From Kofleriaceae bacterium (GTDB lineage: Bacteria; Myxococcota_A; Polyangia; Haliangiales; Haliangiaceae), in contig JBKJLC010000134.1 in the NCBI GenBank assembly GCA_046597055.1, positions 1 to 48,201 of the forward strand: a DNA stretch of 48,201 nucleotides, read 5' to 3'. The notes below the pieces were generated by a model, which was given only the letters and a program-made list of their open reading frames with translations, had not been told where the DNA came from and searched no databases. A program made the translations under genes and the position numbers. This document shows positions 13,374 to 23,111 of this stretch, one piece after another (the stretch's first letter is position 1; the number at the start of each line of letters is the position of its first letter).

Positions 13374-14135
13374 TCAGGACTGATCGACGCGCCGGAGCTC
13401 GAGGTGGACGTTGTTGAAGTCGGGATCGTCCAGCTCGCCGGCCAGGAAGCAGCGCCAGTCGCCCGGCAACGCGTCCATGCGAATCGGCTGACCATCGCCC
13501 ACGATCGCACCCGCCGCGAACATGCCGACGAATCGCTGGCACAGCTCGGTTGCGGCCGGCATCAGCTCGGTCGGCACCCGATGGATGCTGAGATCGGGCC
13601 GGCCGAACAGCCGCATGCCGCGGGTGTGGAGCCAGGCGTGGTGCGGATCGCCGTCCTCGCTGACCAGGATCGAGATGTGGCGTCCGGCCTCGGGCTGGGC
13701 CGGCGCGAACACCTGCTCGCGCCAGCGCGCCGGCGTCCACCAGGTCAGCAGCTGCGGGTCGAACACCGCGAGGGCACCGCCCTCGAGCATCGCGGTGCAC
13801 AGCCCGATCACGTCACGCAGGTAGTCGAGGCTGGCAGCGTCCTGCACCTCGCCGCGGATCATCATCGCGTGGGGCGCGTCGGCCAGGGCCTGGACGGTCT
13901 CGGCCGCGAGGTCGTGCACGAACACGCCGTCGAGCCCGAACCCGAAGAACGACGGATCCTGGTCGCGAGTCACCACCCGCACGTCGAGCCCCGCCGGCAC
14001 CCCGGCAAAGCGGTGCGCGGTCCGCGACACCGGCGGCACCGCCGCGAAGTCGCCATGCAGCTTGTAGAAGACGAACGGTTGACCGCCACCGTCACGGTAG
14101 AGCGGTCGCGGCCAGGACGGGAGCGGCGGCGTCAT
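13374..14135 (-). CDS. Conserved hypothetical protein (DUF4261-like C-terminus)
   Basis: Coding-like composition and a WLHTRGMRLFGRPDL motif; it follows recQ on the same strand. Confidence 0.6.
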   Translation of the reverse strand: MTPPLPSWPRPLYRDGGGQPFVFYKLHGDFAAVPPVSRTAHRFAGVPAGLDVRVVTRDQDPSFFGFGLDGVFVHDLAAETVQALADAPHAMMIRGEVQDAASLDYLRDVIGLCTAMLEGGALAVFDPQLLTWWTPARWREQVFAPAQPEAGRHISILVSEDGDPHHAWLHTRGMRLFGRPDLSIHRVPTELMPAATELCQRFVGMFAAGAIVGDGQPIRMDALPGDWRCFLAGELDDPDFNNVHLELRRVDQS

Positions 14136-14153
14136 CGGCACCGGAAGCTCGGC

Positions 14154-16079
14154 TCAGTGTTTCTTCCAGCCCGGCTTCTTGCGCGCGGTCGCCTTGCGCG
14201 GCGCCGGCGGGATGATGCGCAGGCCGAGCTCGCTGACGTCGACCTTGCCGAGCGCGGCCAGGTCGCCGCGCCGGGTCGTGTTGATCGTCGGATACTCGCC
14301 GCGCGACGTCTCCAGCAGCCCCGCGCCCTCGAGCGTGCGCATCAGGTCCATCAGGTCCTTCTGCGGCCATCCCCGCAGGCACCCTCGGTCGGGCAGGTCC
14401 TCGAAGCGCGGATCGTCGTCGGAGCCATTGGCGAGCGCGACGATCCGGGTCCGCCCGAACCGGCCGTGCATGCCGCCGACCAGCAGGAGCAGGCGCTCGA
14501 TGCCGCGCTTGGTCTCGGCCGCCATCCCGACCTGGCCGTGGGCGACCGCCTCACACGCGTCGCACGAACCGCACTTGCGACCGGGGTTGGCCCACTCGAC
14601 GTCGCCGAAGTACGACAGGATCTGCTGGCGACGGCAGCTCGACGACCACGCGTAGTCGCAGATCTTCTTGAGCTTGCTGCGCTCGGCCTCGGCCCGGCGC
14701 GTGATCGCCTCGACGTCGAGCGCCGGATAGGCGCCGGGATCGGGTCGCACGGCCTTCCACCCCTCACCGTCCTGCCCGAGCAGGCCGTGGCGCTCGAGGA
14801 TGCGGACCGCCGTGCTGATCGTCGACGCGTGCGGCTCGCCCGGCAGGTGGGCGCCGACCCGATCCTCGATCGTGCCCATGCCGAGCTCGGGCTGCTCGCG
14901 CAACAGCCGCCACAGCCCGCGCAGCACCTCCGCCGACGGGTACGACGCATCGATCAAGAAGTCTTGCAGGCGCACGTCGCCGGCGCCGAACAGCAGCACG
15001 CACCGGGTCGGCCGGCCGTCGCGCCCGCCGCGCCCGCACTCCTGGTAGTACGCCTCGGGGCTGCGCGGGATGTCGGCATGCACGACCACCCGGATGTCGG
15101 CCTTGTCGATGCCCATGCCGAACGCGTTCGTCGCGACGATGGCGTCGAGCTTGCCGGCCATGAACGTGTCCTGGGCGTCGTCGCGCGCCTTGTCGTCGAG
15201 GCCAGCGTGATAGACGCGCACCCGCATGCCGGCGCGGGCCAGCGACTCGCTGTACTTCTCGGCGTTCTTGCGGGTCGCCGCGTAGACCAGCGCCACGCCG
15301 CCGTCGCGCGTGCGCGCGAGCTGGATGATCCGCTGGGTCTTCTCGTCGACGCCGCGGACCCGCTCGACCGCGTAGTGCAGGTTGGGCCGATCGAACCCGC
15401 GCACGTGCACCCGCGGGTCGGTCATCGACAGCTGGTCGGCGATGTCGATCCGCACCTCGGGCGTGGCGGTGGCGGTGAACGCGGCGATCCGCGGCGGCCG
15501 CAGCTCGCGGACCGCGTCGCTCAGCCGCCGGTAGTCGGGCCGGAAGTCGTGGCCCCACTCGCTGATGCAGTGGGCCTCGTCGATCGCGATCAGCGCCAGC
15601 CGATCACCGATCACCCGCAACGCATCGAGGAACCGCGGACTCTTGAAGCGCTCGGGCGCCACGTAGACCAGCGTGAACACCCCGTTGCGCATGCCATCGA
15701 GGATCTCGCGCTGCTGGTCGGGCGAGGCTGCGCTGGTGAGCGCTGCCGCCGACACGCCGCGGGCGGTCAGCGCGTCGACCTGGTCCTTCATGAGCGCGAT
15801 CAGCGGCGAGACCACCAGGGTCACGCCGCCACGTTCGCCCAGCAGGATCGCCGGCAGCTGGTAACAGAGGGACTTGCCGGCACCGGTCGGCATGACCGCG
15901 ACCACCGGCCGACCCTCGAGGATATCGGCGATGATGTCGCCCTGGCCGGGACGAAGCCCGTCGAAGCCGAACACGTCGGCGAGCAGGCGCTCGAGGGCGC
16001 CGCGCTCGGGAGCCGCACCGCTCTCACGTGCATTGGCCAGGATCACATCGTCACCAGCCGCGCACACTATCACCGCCAT
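14154..16079 (-). CDS. recQ: RecQ-family ATP-dependent DNA helicase (RQC present, no HRDC)
   Basis: Motifs MPTGAGKSLCYQ, SPLIALMKDQV, DEAHCISEWGHDFRPDY, ATNAFGMGIDK, YYQECGRGGRDG and Zn site CRR...CGSCDAC. Start is uncertain (16079 or 16046). Confidence 0.92.
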   Translation of the reverse strand: MAVIVCAAGDDVILANARESGAAPERGALERLLADVFGFDGLRPGQGDIIADILEGRPVVAVMPTGAGKSLCYQLPAILLGERGGVTLVVSPLIALMKDQVDALTARGVSAAALTSAASPDQQREILDGMRNGVFTLVYVAPERFKSPRFLDALRVIGDRLALIAIDEAHCISEWGHDFRPDYRRLSDAVRELRPPRIAAFTATATPEVRIDIADQLSMTDPRVHVRGFDRPNLHYAVERVRGVDEKTQRIIQLARTRDGGVALVYAATRKNAEKYSESLARAGMRVRVYHAGLDDKARDDAQDTFMAGKLDAIVATNAFGMGIDKADIRVVVHADIPRSPEAYYQECGRGGRDGRPTRCVLLFGAGDVRLQDFLIDASYPSAEVLRGLWRLLREQPELGMGTIEDRVGAHLPGEPHASTISTAVRILERHGLLGQDGEGWKAVRPDPGAYPALDVEAITRRAEAERSKLKKICDYAWSSSCRRQQILSYFGDVEWANPGRKCGSCDACEAVAHGQVGMAAETKRGIERLLLLVGGMHGRFGRTRIVALANGSDDDPRFEDLPDRGCLRGWPQKDLMDLMRTLEGAGLLETSRGEYPTINTTRRGDLAALGKVDVSELGLRIIPPAPRKATARKKPGWKKH

Positions 16080-16113
16080 CTGACCCGCCGTACCGGACGG
16101 CGGCGAGGCCGCG

Positions 16114-16566
16114 TCACGACCCGCCATACCCCGGCATGTCGATCCGCCACCGGCCGCCGACCCGCACCAGCTCGAGCTGGGCGCGTCCGGCCGCGCCGGC
16201 GACCTCGACCACCGCACGATCACCGCGCTGCGAGACCAGCCGGATGTCGGTCGGCGGCGGCACGTCGTCGGACGAGCCGATGCTGATCAGGTCGAGCGCC
16301 TCGTAGCGCGTGCTCGAGCCGACCAGGTCGGTCGACTTCTGCGCCTCGCTCTCGATCGCCTGCTGGGTCGCGGGCGACAGCAGCTGCCACACCGCGCGGC
16401 GATCGCCTGCGCGGGCGGCCTGCACGAAGCTGCGCACCGCAGCTTCGGGGCCCGGCGTGGTGACGCCGCAGCCGCGGCCGACCACCGCGACCGCCAGGGC
16501 GATCGCCGCGATCGCGCTCGCCGCGCCAGCCAGGGCGCGCCGCCGCGAGGTCAGGGCTAGCGCCAC
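16114..16566 (-). CDS. Membrane-anchored NTF2-like hypothetical protein
   Basis: N-terminal TM segment followed by PEAAVRSF...AVWQLLS...GDRAVVEV...LVRVGGRWRID. Confidence 0.6.
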   Translation of the reverse strand: MALALTSRRRALAGAASAIAAIALAVAVVGRGCGVTTPGPEAAVRSFVQAARAGDRRAVWQLLSPATQQAIESEAQKSTDLVGSSTRYEALDLISIGSSDDVPPPTDIRLVSQRGDRAVVEVAGAAGRAQLELVRVGGRWRIDMPGYGGS

Positions 16567-16802
16567 AGGCCTGCCCGGTGGCGGGCGAGGGGCGGGTGGC
16601 CGGGGCGGTCCTGGTCTTGCATTTTCCTCCCATCACGAACGGCCCGAAAGTAGTTGCCCACGGTGAGCTCACCCGCGGGCTGGATCCCGGAAAAGACCGT
16701 TTTCATGGGGCGTTCTGTGTACTTGTCGACCCGAGCAGCGTCAACTAGACTTTGAATCCCTCGCGGTCAGACACCGTCGAAGGGACGAACGGAGGAAATG
16801 TT

Positions 16803-17921
16803 ATGCGTATGCGCCGCCTTGCTCAGATGTTTGGTCTCGCAGCCTTGGGCTTTGCGACCCAAGCGTGTGTCGTTCGCGACGCAGCGCCTGTGAACGCCGG
16901 TTACGGGTACTCCAGCTCGGCCCAGGTGTCGGGTGGAATCTACGTCGGCGAGCCCTCTCCCTACTACGCCAGCACGCTCCCCCCGGCGCCGCTCTACGAG
17001 TCGATGAGCTCGTCGCCCGGGTACGGCCACGTCTGGATCGACGGGTACTGGCACTGGGACGGCGGCCAGTGGCAGTGGATGTCGGGCCGCTGGGTGCCCG
17101 AGCAGACCGGCTACTACTACGTCCAGCCGTACTACGACACCAGCTACGACGGGCGCGTCGGCTACTACCCAGGCTACTGGGAGCACCCCGACCGGCTGCC
17201 GCAGCGCGCGCAAGTCCGCGATCATCGCGACGGCCGGCCCCCGGTGGTCGTCCGTCCGCCGCCGGTCCGTGACCAGTATCCGCAGGGCGGCGACCGCCCC
17301 CCGCGCGGGAATTACCCGCCGCCCAGCCACGGTGGCAACCAGCCTCCGGTGATCCAGCCACCCCGTGGGAACTACCCGCGCCCGAACCAGGGGAACTACC
17401 CACCGCCGGTCGTCCAGCAGCCGCCGCGGCCGCAGACCCCGGTCTACGACCCGCCGCCGGTCTACCAGCCGCCGCCGCGCCACCAGGACCAGCCGCGCCC
17501 GCCGGTGCAGCAGCCGCCGGTCTATCAGCCCCCGCCGCGCCACAACGACCAGCCGCGGCCCCCGGTCGGTACCCCGCCGGTCTACCAGCCCCCGCCGCGC
17601 CACAACGACCAGCCGCGCCCGCCGGTGCAGCAGCCGCCGCGCCAGGACGACCAGCCCCGGCCGCCCCAGGTCCCGCCTCGCCACAACGACCAACCCCGGC
17701 CGCCCGTGGTCCAGCCGCAGCCGCCGTCGGGCCCGACCACGCCGATCCGCCACCCGGAGCCCAGACCTGATCGCGCGGAGAACCCGCGTGGGCCAGCGGC
17801 GCCTTCGGCTCCCCCGCCCCGGGGCTCGGGCAAGCCGCCGCGGGCCGCCCCGCCCTCGGTCACCCCACCGTCGTCCGGGATGCCGCGCCCGGGCGTACCG
17901 CCGGTTCGCCGCCAGCGCTGA
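16803..17921 (+). CDS. YXWGXW-repeat, proline-rich lipoprotein
   Basis: GGAGG RBS, lipobox TQAC, repeats HVWIDGYWHW / WMSGRW / YYPGYW and a long Pro/Gln tail. Confidence 0.8.
   Translation: MRMRRLAQMFGLAALGFATQACVVRDAAPVNAGYGYSSSAQVSGGIYVGEPSPYYASTLPPAPLYESMSSSPGYGHVWIDGYWHWDGGQWQWMSGRWVPEQTGYYYVQPYYDTSYDGRVGYYPGYWEHPDRLPQRAQVRDHRDGRPPVVVRPPPVRDQYPQGGDRPPRGNYPPPSHGGNQPPVIQPPRGNYPRPNQGNYPPPVVQQPPRPQTPVYDPPPVYQPPPRHQDQPRPPVQQPPVYQPPPRHNDQPRPPVGTPPVYQPPPRHNDQPRPPVQQPPRQDDQPRPPQVPPRHNDQPRPPVVQPQPPSGPTTPIRHPEPRPDRAENPRGPAAPSAPPPRGSGKPPRAAPPSVTPPSSGMPRPGVPPVRRQR
17454..17639 (+). repeat. 60-bp in-frame tandem repeat (about 3 copies; PPVYQPPPRHNDQPRPPVQQ)
   Basis: Near-identical 60-nt units begin at about 17454, 17514 and 17574. 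Confidence 0.85.
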
Positions 17922-17942
17922 GCGACACCCACATGTAAGCCA

Positions 17943-17974
17943 AGCGGCGCCCCTCCGGGCGCCGTTCGCATTTT
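17943..17974 (+). terminator. Rho-independent terminator
   Basis: CGGCGCCC-ctcc-GGGCGCCG stem followed by TTCGCATTTT, about 20 bp after the stop at 17921. Confidence 0.65.
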
Positions 17975-18185
17975 CGGGCGGCCAGCGTGCCCGGCGAGCC
18001 CGGGGGGCCCGGGGGTGTGAGTTTTCACACCGCGGCCGCGAACGGCCGGCTACGGCCTGCGGCTGCGCATCGTTCGCAGCCCTGCTCAGACCGCGCGGTG
18101 CGAAGCGGGCGCCCAGGCACCCGTGCCATCGGTCGGCCGGGTCCCGAGCCCGCGCCCGGGACGGCGCGGCGCCGGCTCGCTTGGC

Positions 18186-19679
18186 TCAGGTTGCTTCGAG
18201 GTCGCCGCCCTTGAGGCCGTGGCGCTTGAGCAGCTCGCGAAGGTGGTACCGCGTCAGGCCGGCCTCGTGCGCCGACCGGGTGATGTTGCCGTCGTTCCGC
18301 GTCAGCAGGGCCTCGAGGTAGGCCGACTCGAAGGCGTCGACCACGGTCTGCTTGGCCTGCTTGAAGCCCAGGCCGGGCTTGAGGAGGGCCGCGTCGAAGA
18401 TCGCGGGCCCGCCGCCGGTGGGCATCTCGACGCCGGCCTGCTTGGCGGCCGCGCGCTGGGCCGCGACCGCGCCGGCCTTGGCCAGATCGTGGCTGGCCGA
18501 CACGCTCGGCCCCATCTCACGGCCGAAGACGAGGTCGGCGCGCGTGATCACCGGGCCATCCGACAGGGCGGCGGCGCGCTCGACCACGTTGCGCATCTCG
18601 CGGACGTTGCCCGGCCACGAGTGGCCGATCATGGCCACCATCGCATCGGGGCCGAACGTCATCTGCATGCCGCGGCGGCCGGCGATGTCGCGCAGGAAGT
18701 GGTTGGCGAGCGAAGCCACGTCCTCGCGGCGCTCGCGCATGGGCGGCAGCTCGACGTGGACGACGCTGAGCCGGAAGTACAGGTCCTCGCGGAAGTGGCC
18801 GCGGTTGACCTCCTCGCGCAGGTCGCGGTTGGTGGCAGCCAGGACCCGGACGTCGACCTTGGTGGTGCGGTCGCCACCGACCCGCTTGATCTCGCGCTGC
18901 TCGAGCACGCGCAGCAGCTTGGGCTGCAGCGTGATGTCGAGCTCGCCGATCTCGTCGAGGAAGATCGTGCCGCCGTTGGCCTGCTCGAAGCAGCCGACGT
19001 GCTGCCCGATCGCGCCGGTGAAGCTGCCCTTCTCGTGGCCGAACAGGGTCGACTCGATCAGGTCCCTGGGGATCGAGCCGCAGTCGAGCACGACGAACGG
19101 CTTGTTCTTGCGGGCGCTGGTGTTGTGGACCGCGCGCGCGACCATCTCCTTGCCGGTGCCGGTCTCGCCGGTGATCATCACCGTCAGGTCGCTCGGGGCG
19201 ACCTTCTCGAGCTGCGCGAAGATCTCGCGCATCGACGCCGACCCGCCGATGATCGCGTCGAAGCGGTCGCGCTTGGACAGCTCGATCTCGACCACGTCGG
19301 TGGTCGACTGGAACTGGATCGAGGTGTGGCCGATCCGGAACACCGTGCCCGGCCGCAGGTAGACCTCGCGGACCCGGAGGTCGCCGACGTACACGCCGTT
19401 GCGCGAGTTGAGATCGCGGAGCCGGTAGCCGTCGTCGCGGGCGGCGATCTCGAAGTGGGTGCCCGACACCGCCTTGTCGGCGAGCTCGAGGTCGCTGATG
19501 ATGCTGCGGCCGCCGGTCACCCGCGGCTTGATGATCTCGAGCTCCTTGCCCTGATCAGCCCCGGACACCACCACCAGCTTGCCCTTGCGCAGCCGGCGGA
19601 CGGTCGCCCACTCGCCCTCGAACAGCGTGGTCAGTCCGGAGCCTTCGAACCCCGCGTTGGCGTCGTCGACTTGCTCCAT
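18186..19679 (-). CDS. FHA-domain sigma-54 enhancer-binding protein
   Basis: FHA (GRS...VSGTH...DLNSRNG), GETGTGKE, GSFTGA, FLDEIGE, FREDLYFRL, WPGNVREM and a C-terminal Fis HTH. Start ATG 19679. Confidence 0.93.
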   Translation of the reverse strand: MEQVDDANAGFEGSGLTTLFEGEWATVRRLRKGKLVVVSGADQGKELEIIKPRVTGGRSIISDLELADKAVSGTHFEIAARDDGYRLRDLNSRNGVYVGDLRVREVYLRPGTVFRIGHTSIQFQSTTDVVEIELSKRDRFDAIIGGSASMREIFAQLEKVAPSDLTVMITGETGTGKEMVARAVHNTSARKNKPFVVLDCGSIPRDLIESTLFGHEKGSFTGAIGQHVGCFEQANGGTIFLDEIGELDITLQPKLLRVLEQREIKRVGGDRTTKVDVRVLAATNRDLREEVNRGHFREDLYFRLSVVHVELPPMRERREDVASLANHFLRDIAGRRGMQMTFGPDAMVAMIGHSWPGNVREMRNVVERAAALSDGPVITRADLVFGREMGPSVSASHDLAKAGAVAAQRAAAKQAGVEMPTGGGPAIFDAALLKPGLGFKQAKQTVVDAFESAYLEALLTRNDGNITRSAHEAGLTRYHLRELLKRHGLKGGDLEAT

Positions 19680-19853
19680 CGCGGCGCACCGTATCACGAC
19701 GCGGTGCCCGGCCGGCCGCGCCGGCCCCGATGCCGCACGGCGATGCGGGCCACGCGCTCCACCCCTCGGGGTGAACGAGCCAGCGCAGCCCAGAACCCGC
19801 CGCAAGACCGGTGGCCCCGAGCACGCACCGCGGACCGCGCGCTGCGCTCGCGG

Positions 19854-20594
19854 CTAGTTGAGCCAGCGCTCGTCGGTCTTGCCGCGGCGCGGCTTGTTGG
19901 CCGTGGCCGTCGGTGGCGGCACGACCGCGAGGTGCGCGCGCGCGCGCGCGTACCGCCAGCGCCGGTAGGTCGCGATCGGATCGAGCTTCCCGGAGCTGAG
20001 CCCGGCAGCGATCAGCATCGCGGCCGCCATCGCGGCGCCCTCCTCCCAGGCCTGGCCGATCACGACGAACAGCGTGACCAGCCCGATCATCCCGTACATG
20101 AACTGGCGGCCGGTCATCGGAAGGACCCCGAAGAACTGGATCGGCTGGCGGGCGTAGAGGATGCCGAAGGCGATCGCGGAGGCGAACAGGGTCGGGTCCA
20201 GGCCGAGGATCGGCACGTCGCGACCGGTGACGAGACCGAACAGCGTGCCGGCCACGGTGCCCGAGATCGCGGTCGCGGCGACGAACATCGCGAAGCGCCG
20301 CGGCCCCCACCAGCGCTCGAGCGCCGGCAGCATCATCCAGATCATCATCCCCTCGAACACCAGCGTCAGCAGCCGGACCTCGAGGAACACGCCGGTGATC
20401 AGCGTCCAGACCTTGCCCTCGCGCCAGACGCTGGTCGGCGTGGGCACCAGCCACTCCACCATCCGCGCCTGGGCAGCATCGCCGGACATCGCAAATACCA
20501 GCGACAACCCGACCAGCGCGAACAGAAGCACCAGCGCCACCTTCGTGATGCGAAGCTGGCTCTTGTCGAAGTGCTGGAAGACCGTGCGGCGCAC
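19854..20594 (-). CDS. Rhomboid-superfamily membrane protein lacking catalytic residues
   Basis: Rhomboid layout (P..VW.EG.VWTLIT..FL, LERWWG.RRF), but the GxSG site reads GLDP and there is no His in TM6. Confidence 0.7.
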   Translation of the reverse strand: MRRTVFQHFDKSQLRITKVALVLLFALVGLSLVFAMSGDAAQARMVEWLVPTPTSVWREGKVWTLITGVFLEVRLLTLVFEGMMIWMMLPALERWWGPRRFAMFVAATAISGTVAGTLFGLVTGRDVPILGLDPTLFASAIAFGILYARQPIQFFGVLPMTGRQFMYGMIGLVTLFVVIGQAWEEGAAMAAAMLIAAGLSSGKLDPIATYRRWRYARARAHLAVVPPPTATANKPRRGKTDERWLN

Positions 20595-20681
20595 GCCTCT
20601 ACGGTAGCAGACCGAAGCGCCCTCGGCGCACGCTGTTGCGCAGGCGCCCAGCCCACCCGGTATCCGCCCCCACGCGCACGG

Positions 20682-21503
20682 TCACCAGTTCTGATCGATG
20701 TTCACGGGTCCGACGTCCTGGTACTTGTTGCCGTAGTCCAGCCGGCCGGCCTGTGCGGGGGCGATCGGGTTCCCATTGGCGATCGACTGCCGGCTCCTGT
20801 TGAGCAGCGCGACCGAGATCGCGTAGGCCGGGCTGGAGCCGCCCAGCCCGGCCGGGAGCGGCCGCGTCACGGCGGTGCTGGGGGCGAGGCCGGCCTCGCA
20901 GTCCACCAACGTCTCGAAGGCTGCGCCACCGCCATCCGTGAGGAGGATCGAGACGCCGTCCTCGCCGGCGATCGTCGAGCAGGGCACCGGCCCGGCGCTG
21001 CCCGGCGGCCGCAGGTTCCAGCTGAGCCGGTAGAAGCCGTGGTCGACGAAGATGTCGTACGTCGGCACCGCCGTGGTGAGGCCGCGCTGCACGTCGACCA
21101 CCTGGCTGGTGGACTCGGCGAAGCGGGTGACCACCGCGTCGTCAGCCAGGCGCACCCAGATCGTGTAGCGACCGGCCGGTAGCTCCTGCACGAGGGAGCC
21201 CTGGTTGCAGGGAACCCGGTCCTCGAACGGCGGTGTCGCGGCCCCATCGGGCTGCGCGTAGATGACCGCCGAGGTCGCCCCCGCGGGGCACGCCGCCGCG
21301 ACGGCGCGCCCGGTGGCATCGGCGGTCAGCGTCGACCACGTCAGCGCTGCGGTGCCGAGGAGCTCCGGCGAGGCATCGACGACCGAGCCATCGATGGCAA
21401 CCTCGGGCAACTCGGGCAGTTCGGGGAACGAGCACGCGCTCAACGTCGCGATCGTCATCACCGCGAGTGCGGCCTGCGCAGTACGGCCTCGTCCATCGTT
21501 CAT
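20682..21503 (-). CDS. Lipoprotein with two Cys-paired beta-sandwich domains (paralogue 2)
   Basis: Lipobox LSAC; extensive identity with the 21652-22407 product (TWSTLTAD, CPAGATSA, LPAGRYT.WVRL, FVDH.FY..SWNLRPPGS, DCE.GLAP, YGN.Y, QNW). Confidence 0.75.
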   Translation of the reverse strand: MNDGRGRTAQAALAVMTIATLSACSFPELPELPEVAIDGSVVDASPELLGTAALTWSTLTADATGRAVAAACPAGATSAVIYAQPDGAATPPFEDRVPCNQGSLVQELPAGRYTIWVRLADDAVVTRFAESTSQVVDVQRGLTTAVPTYDIFVDHGFYRLSWNLRPPGSAGPVPCSTIAGEDGVSILLTDGGGAAFETLVDCEAGLAPSTAVTRPLPAGLGGSSPAYAISVALLNRSRQSIANGNPIAPAQAGRLDYGNKYQDVGPVNIDQNW

Positions 21504-21651
21504 CACGCGCCGACGATGACACGGACCGGCGGCCATCGGCCATCGAGGTGTGAGGATCGATTGCAGCGGTCCGGCGGGGCCGAAAATGCGGGCGGCGCCG
21601 GACCGCCAGCGCCGCTCGTGTCGTGCCGCGGGACGCGGGCTCAGCCCGAGA

Positions 21652-22407
21652 TCACTGCCAGTTCTGGTTGATCTCGACGACGCCGAGAGCGACGTACTGG
21701 TTGCCGTACTCGAGCGGACCCGACTCCTGCGGCGTGATCGTCGGGGCGTCGCCGATCACTGCGTCCTGCGCGTTGAGCAATGCGACCTTGATCGTCCACG
21801 CCTGGCTGCCGCCGGACGGCAGCGGACGGGTGGTGGTGATCGCCGGGGCCAGGCCCTCCTCGCAGTCGACGATGGTCTCGTAGTCACTGCCGCCACCGTC
21901 GGTGGGGAGGATCGAGACGCCGCTCTCGCCAGCAACGGCGGAGCACGCGACCGGGCCGGGGCTGCCCGGGGGGCGCAGGTTCCAGCTGACGTCGTAGAAG
22001 GCGTGGTCGACGAAGATGCCGAACGGCGGGGCCGACGCGGTCGAGCCCGCGAAGACGTCGATGGACTGGCTCGCCGACTCGGCGAAGCGGGTGACGAGCG
22101 AGCTGTCGGTCAGGCGGACCCACACGGTGTAGCGGCCGGCCGGAAGGTCGGCGGCGAAGCCGCTACGGTCGTTGCACAGGTACCGATCTTCGAACGGGTC
22201 GGCGCTCTGGCCGTCGGGGAGGGCGTAGATGGTCGCCGAGGTCGCGCCGGCCGGGCACGGGGTGTTAACGCCGAGCCCCTGCCCGTCGGCCGTGAGGGTC
22301 GACCAGGTCACTGCGACGTTGCCGGTATCGTCGCCCTCGGAAACAACACAGCCGGCAGCCTGCGAGACGCCGGCGAGCATGAGCGTCGATAAAACTAGTT
22401 TCTTCAT
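21652..22407 (-). CDS. Lipoprotein with two Cys-paired beta-sandwich domains (paralogue 1)
   Basis: AGGAGAG RBS, MKK start and lipobox AAGC; paralogue of the adjacent gene. Confidence 0.8.
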   Translation of the reverse strand: MKKLVLSTLMLAGVSQAAGCVVSEGDDTGNVAVTWSTLTADGQGLGVNTPCPAGATSATIYALPDGQSADPFEDRYLCNDRSGFAADLPAGRYTVWVRLTDSSLVTRFAESASQSIDVFAGSTASAPPFGIFVDHAFYDVSWNLRPPGSPGPVACSAVAGESGVSILPTDGGGSDYETIVDCEEGLAPAITTTRPLPSGGSQAWTIKVALLNAQDAVIGDAPTITPQESGPLEYGNQYVALGVVEINQNWQ

Positions 22408-22520
22408 GGTTCTCTCCTGATAACGGGTGCAAAGCGTACGAGACGTTCGGGCCGAGGGCACGGTCCCCTTGGCAATCCCGAGTTAGTGCAAGCGGTGGGC
22501 CCAGCGCGATGAGATGCCGA

Positions 22521-23039
22521 TCACGGGCACACACAAGGTAGGGTGGTGCAGTCTTCTTCGTCGACGCGAAGCACGATCAGGACCGCATCGAGCGTGATCG
22601 TCTCGCCCTCCGTGACGGTGCGGACGATCGGTGGCGGTGTGATGAAGCTCGCAGGGTCCGCCGCACTGCCGTCGCGGCACTCGGGCGTCACCCGCAGCGC
22701 GACCTGCTCGGACTGGTCGTCGGGAAGATCGCGTACATCGAGATCGAAGGCGGTCACCCCGTGGTTGTCGCGGCAGGGGAAGCTCCGATAGCGCAAGCTG
22801 TCGGGCGTATCCCACCAGAGCCGGATCTTGCCGATCCGGCCGTCGAGGCAGTCGGAGATGCCGACGTCGCGCGTGGTGCGCAGCGCCCACGACAGCTCGA
22901 CCGCTCCTCCTGTGGCTTCGATGCATCCGTGAACTCCAAGACACATCACCGTCGTCAGCGCGCACCACAGGGTGTGCCTCGTTCGGTGGTTCTCGGGTTC
23001 GACCTCGCGTGGCGTCCCGCTATTCATGATCGTGGTCAT
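22521..23039 (-). CDS. Cys-rich lipoprotein, probable distant single-domain relative of the two downstream lipoproteins
   Basis: 3' part of the 437-aa ORF: lipobox VHGC, GAVELSW, a Cys pair (DC...FPC) and a C-terminal CTTLPCVCP. The upstream part of that ORF is antisense to tolQ. Confidence 0.6.
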   Translation of the reverse strand: MTTIMNSGTPREVEPENHRTRHTLWCALTTVMCLGVHGCIEATGGAVELSWALRTTRDVGISDCLDGRIGKIRLWWDTPDSLRYRSFPCRDNHGVTAFDLDVRDLPDDQSEQVALRVTPECRDGSAADPASFITPPPIVRTVTEGETITLDAVLIVLRVDEEDCTTLPCVCP

Positions 23040-23111
23040 GTGCACGCGCTCACTGCGAATGCGCTCGGCTTGACCGGCCCTCCTACCCCATGCTACTCGT
23101 AACCCACTAAG

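Noticed and set aside
18014..18031. GGTGTGA-N4-TCACACC palindrome resembling a CRP/FNR site
   Set aside because: The spacer is 4 rather than 6 nt, and it lies between convergent gene ends rather than in a promoter.
18186..19679. GSFTGA instead of GAFTGA in the enhancer-binding protein
   Set aside because: GSFTGA is a common functional variant.
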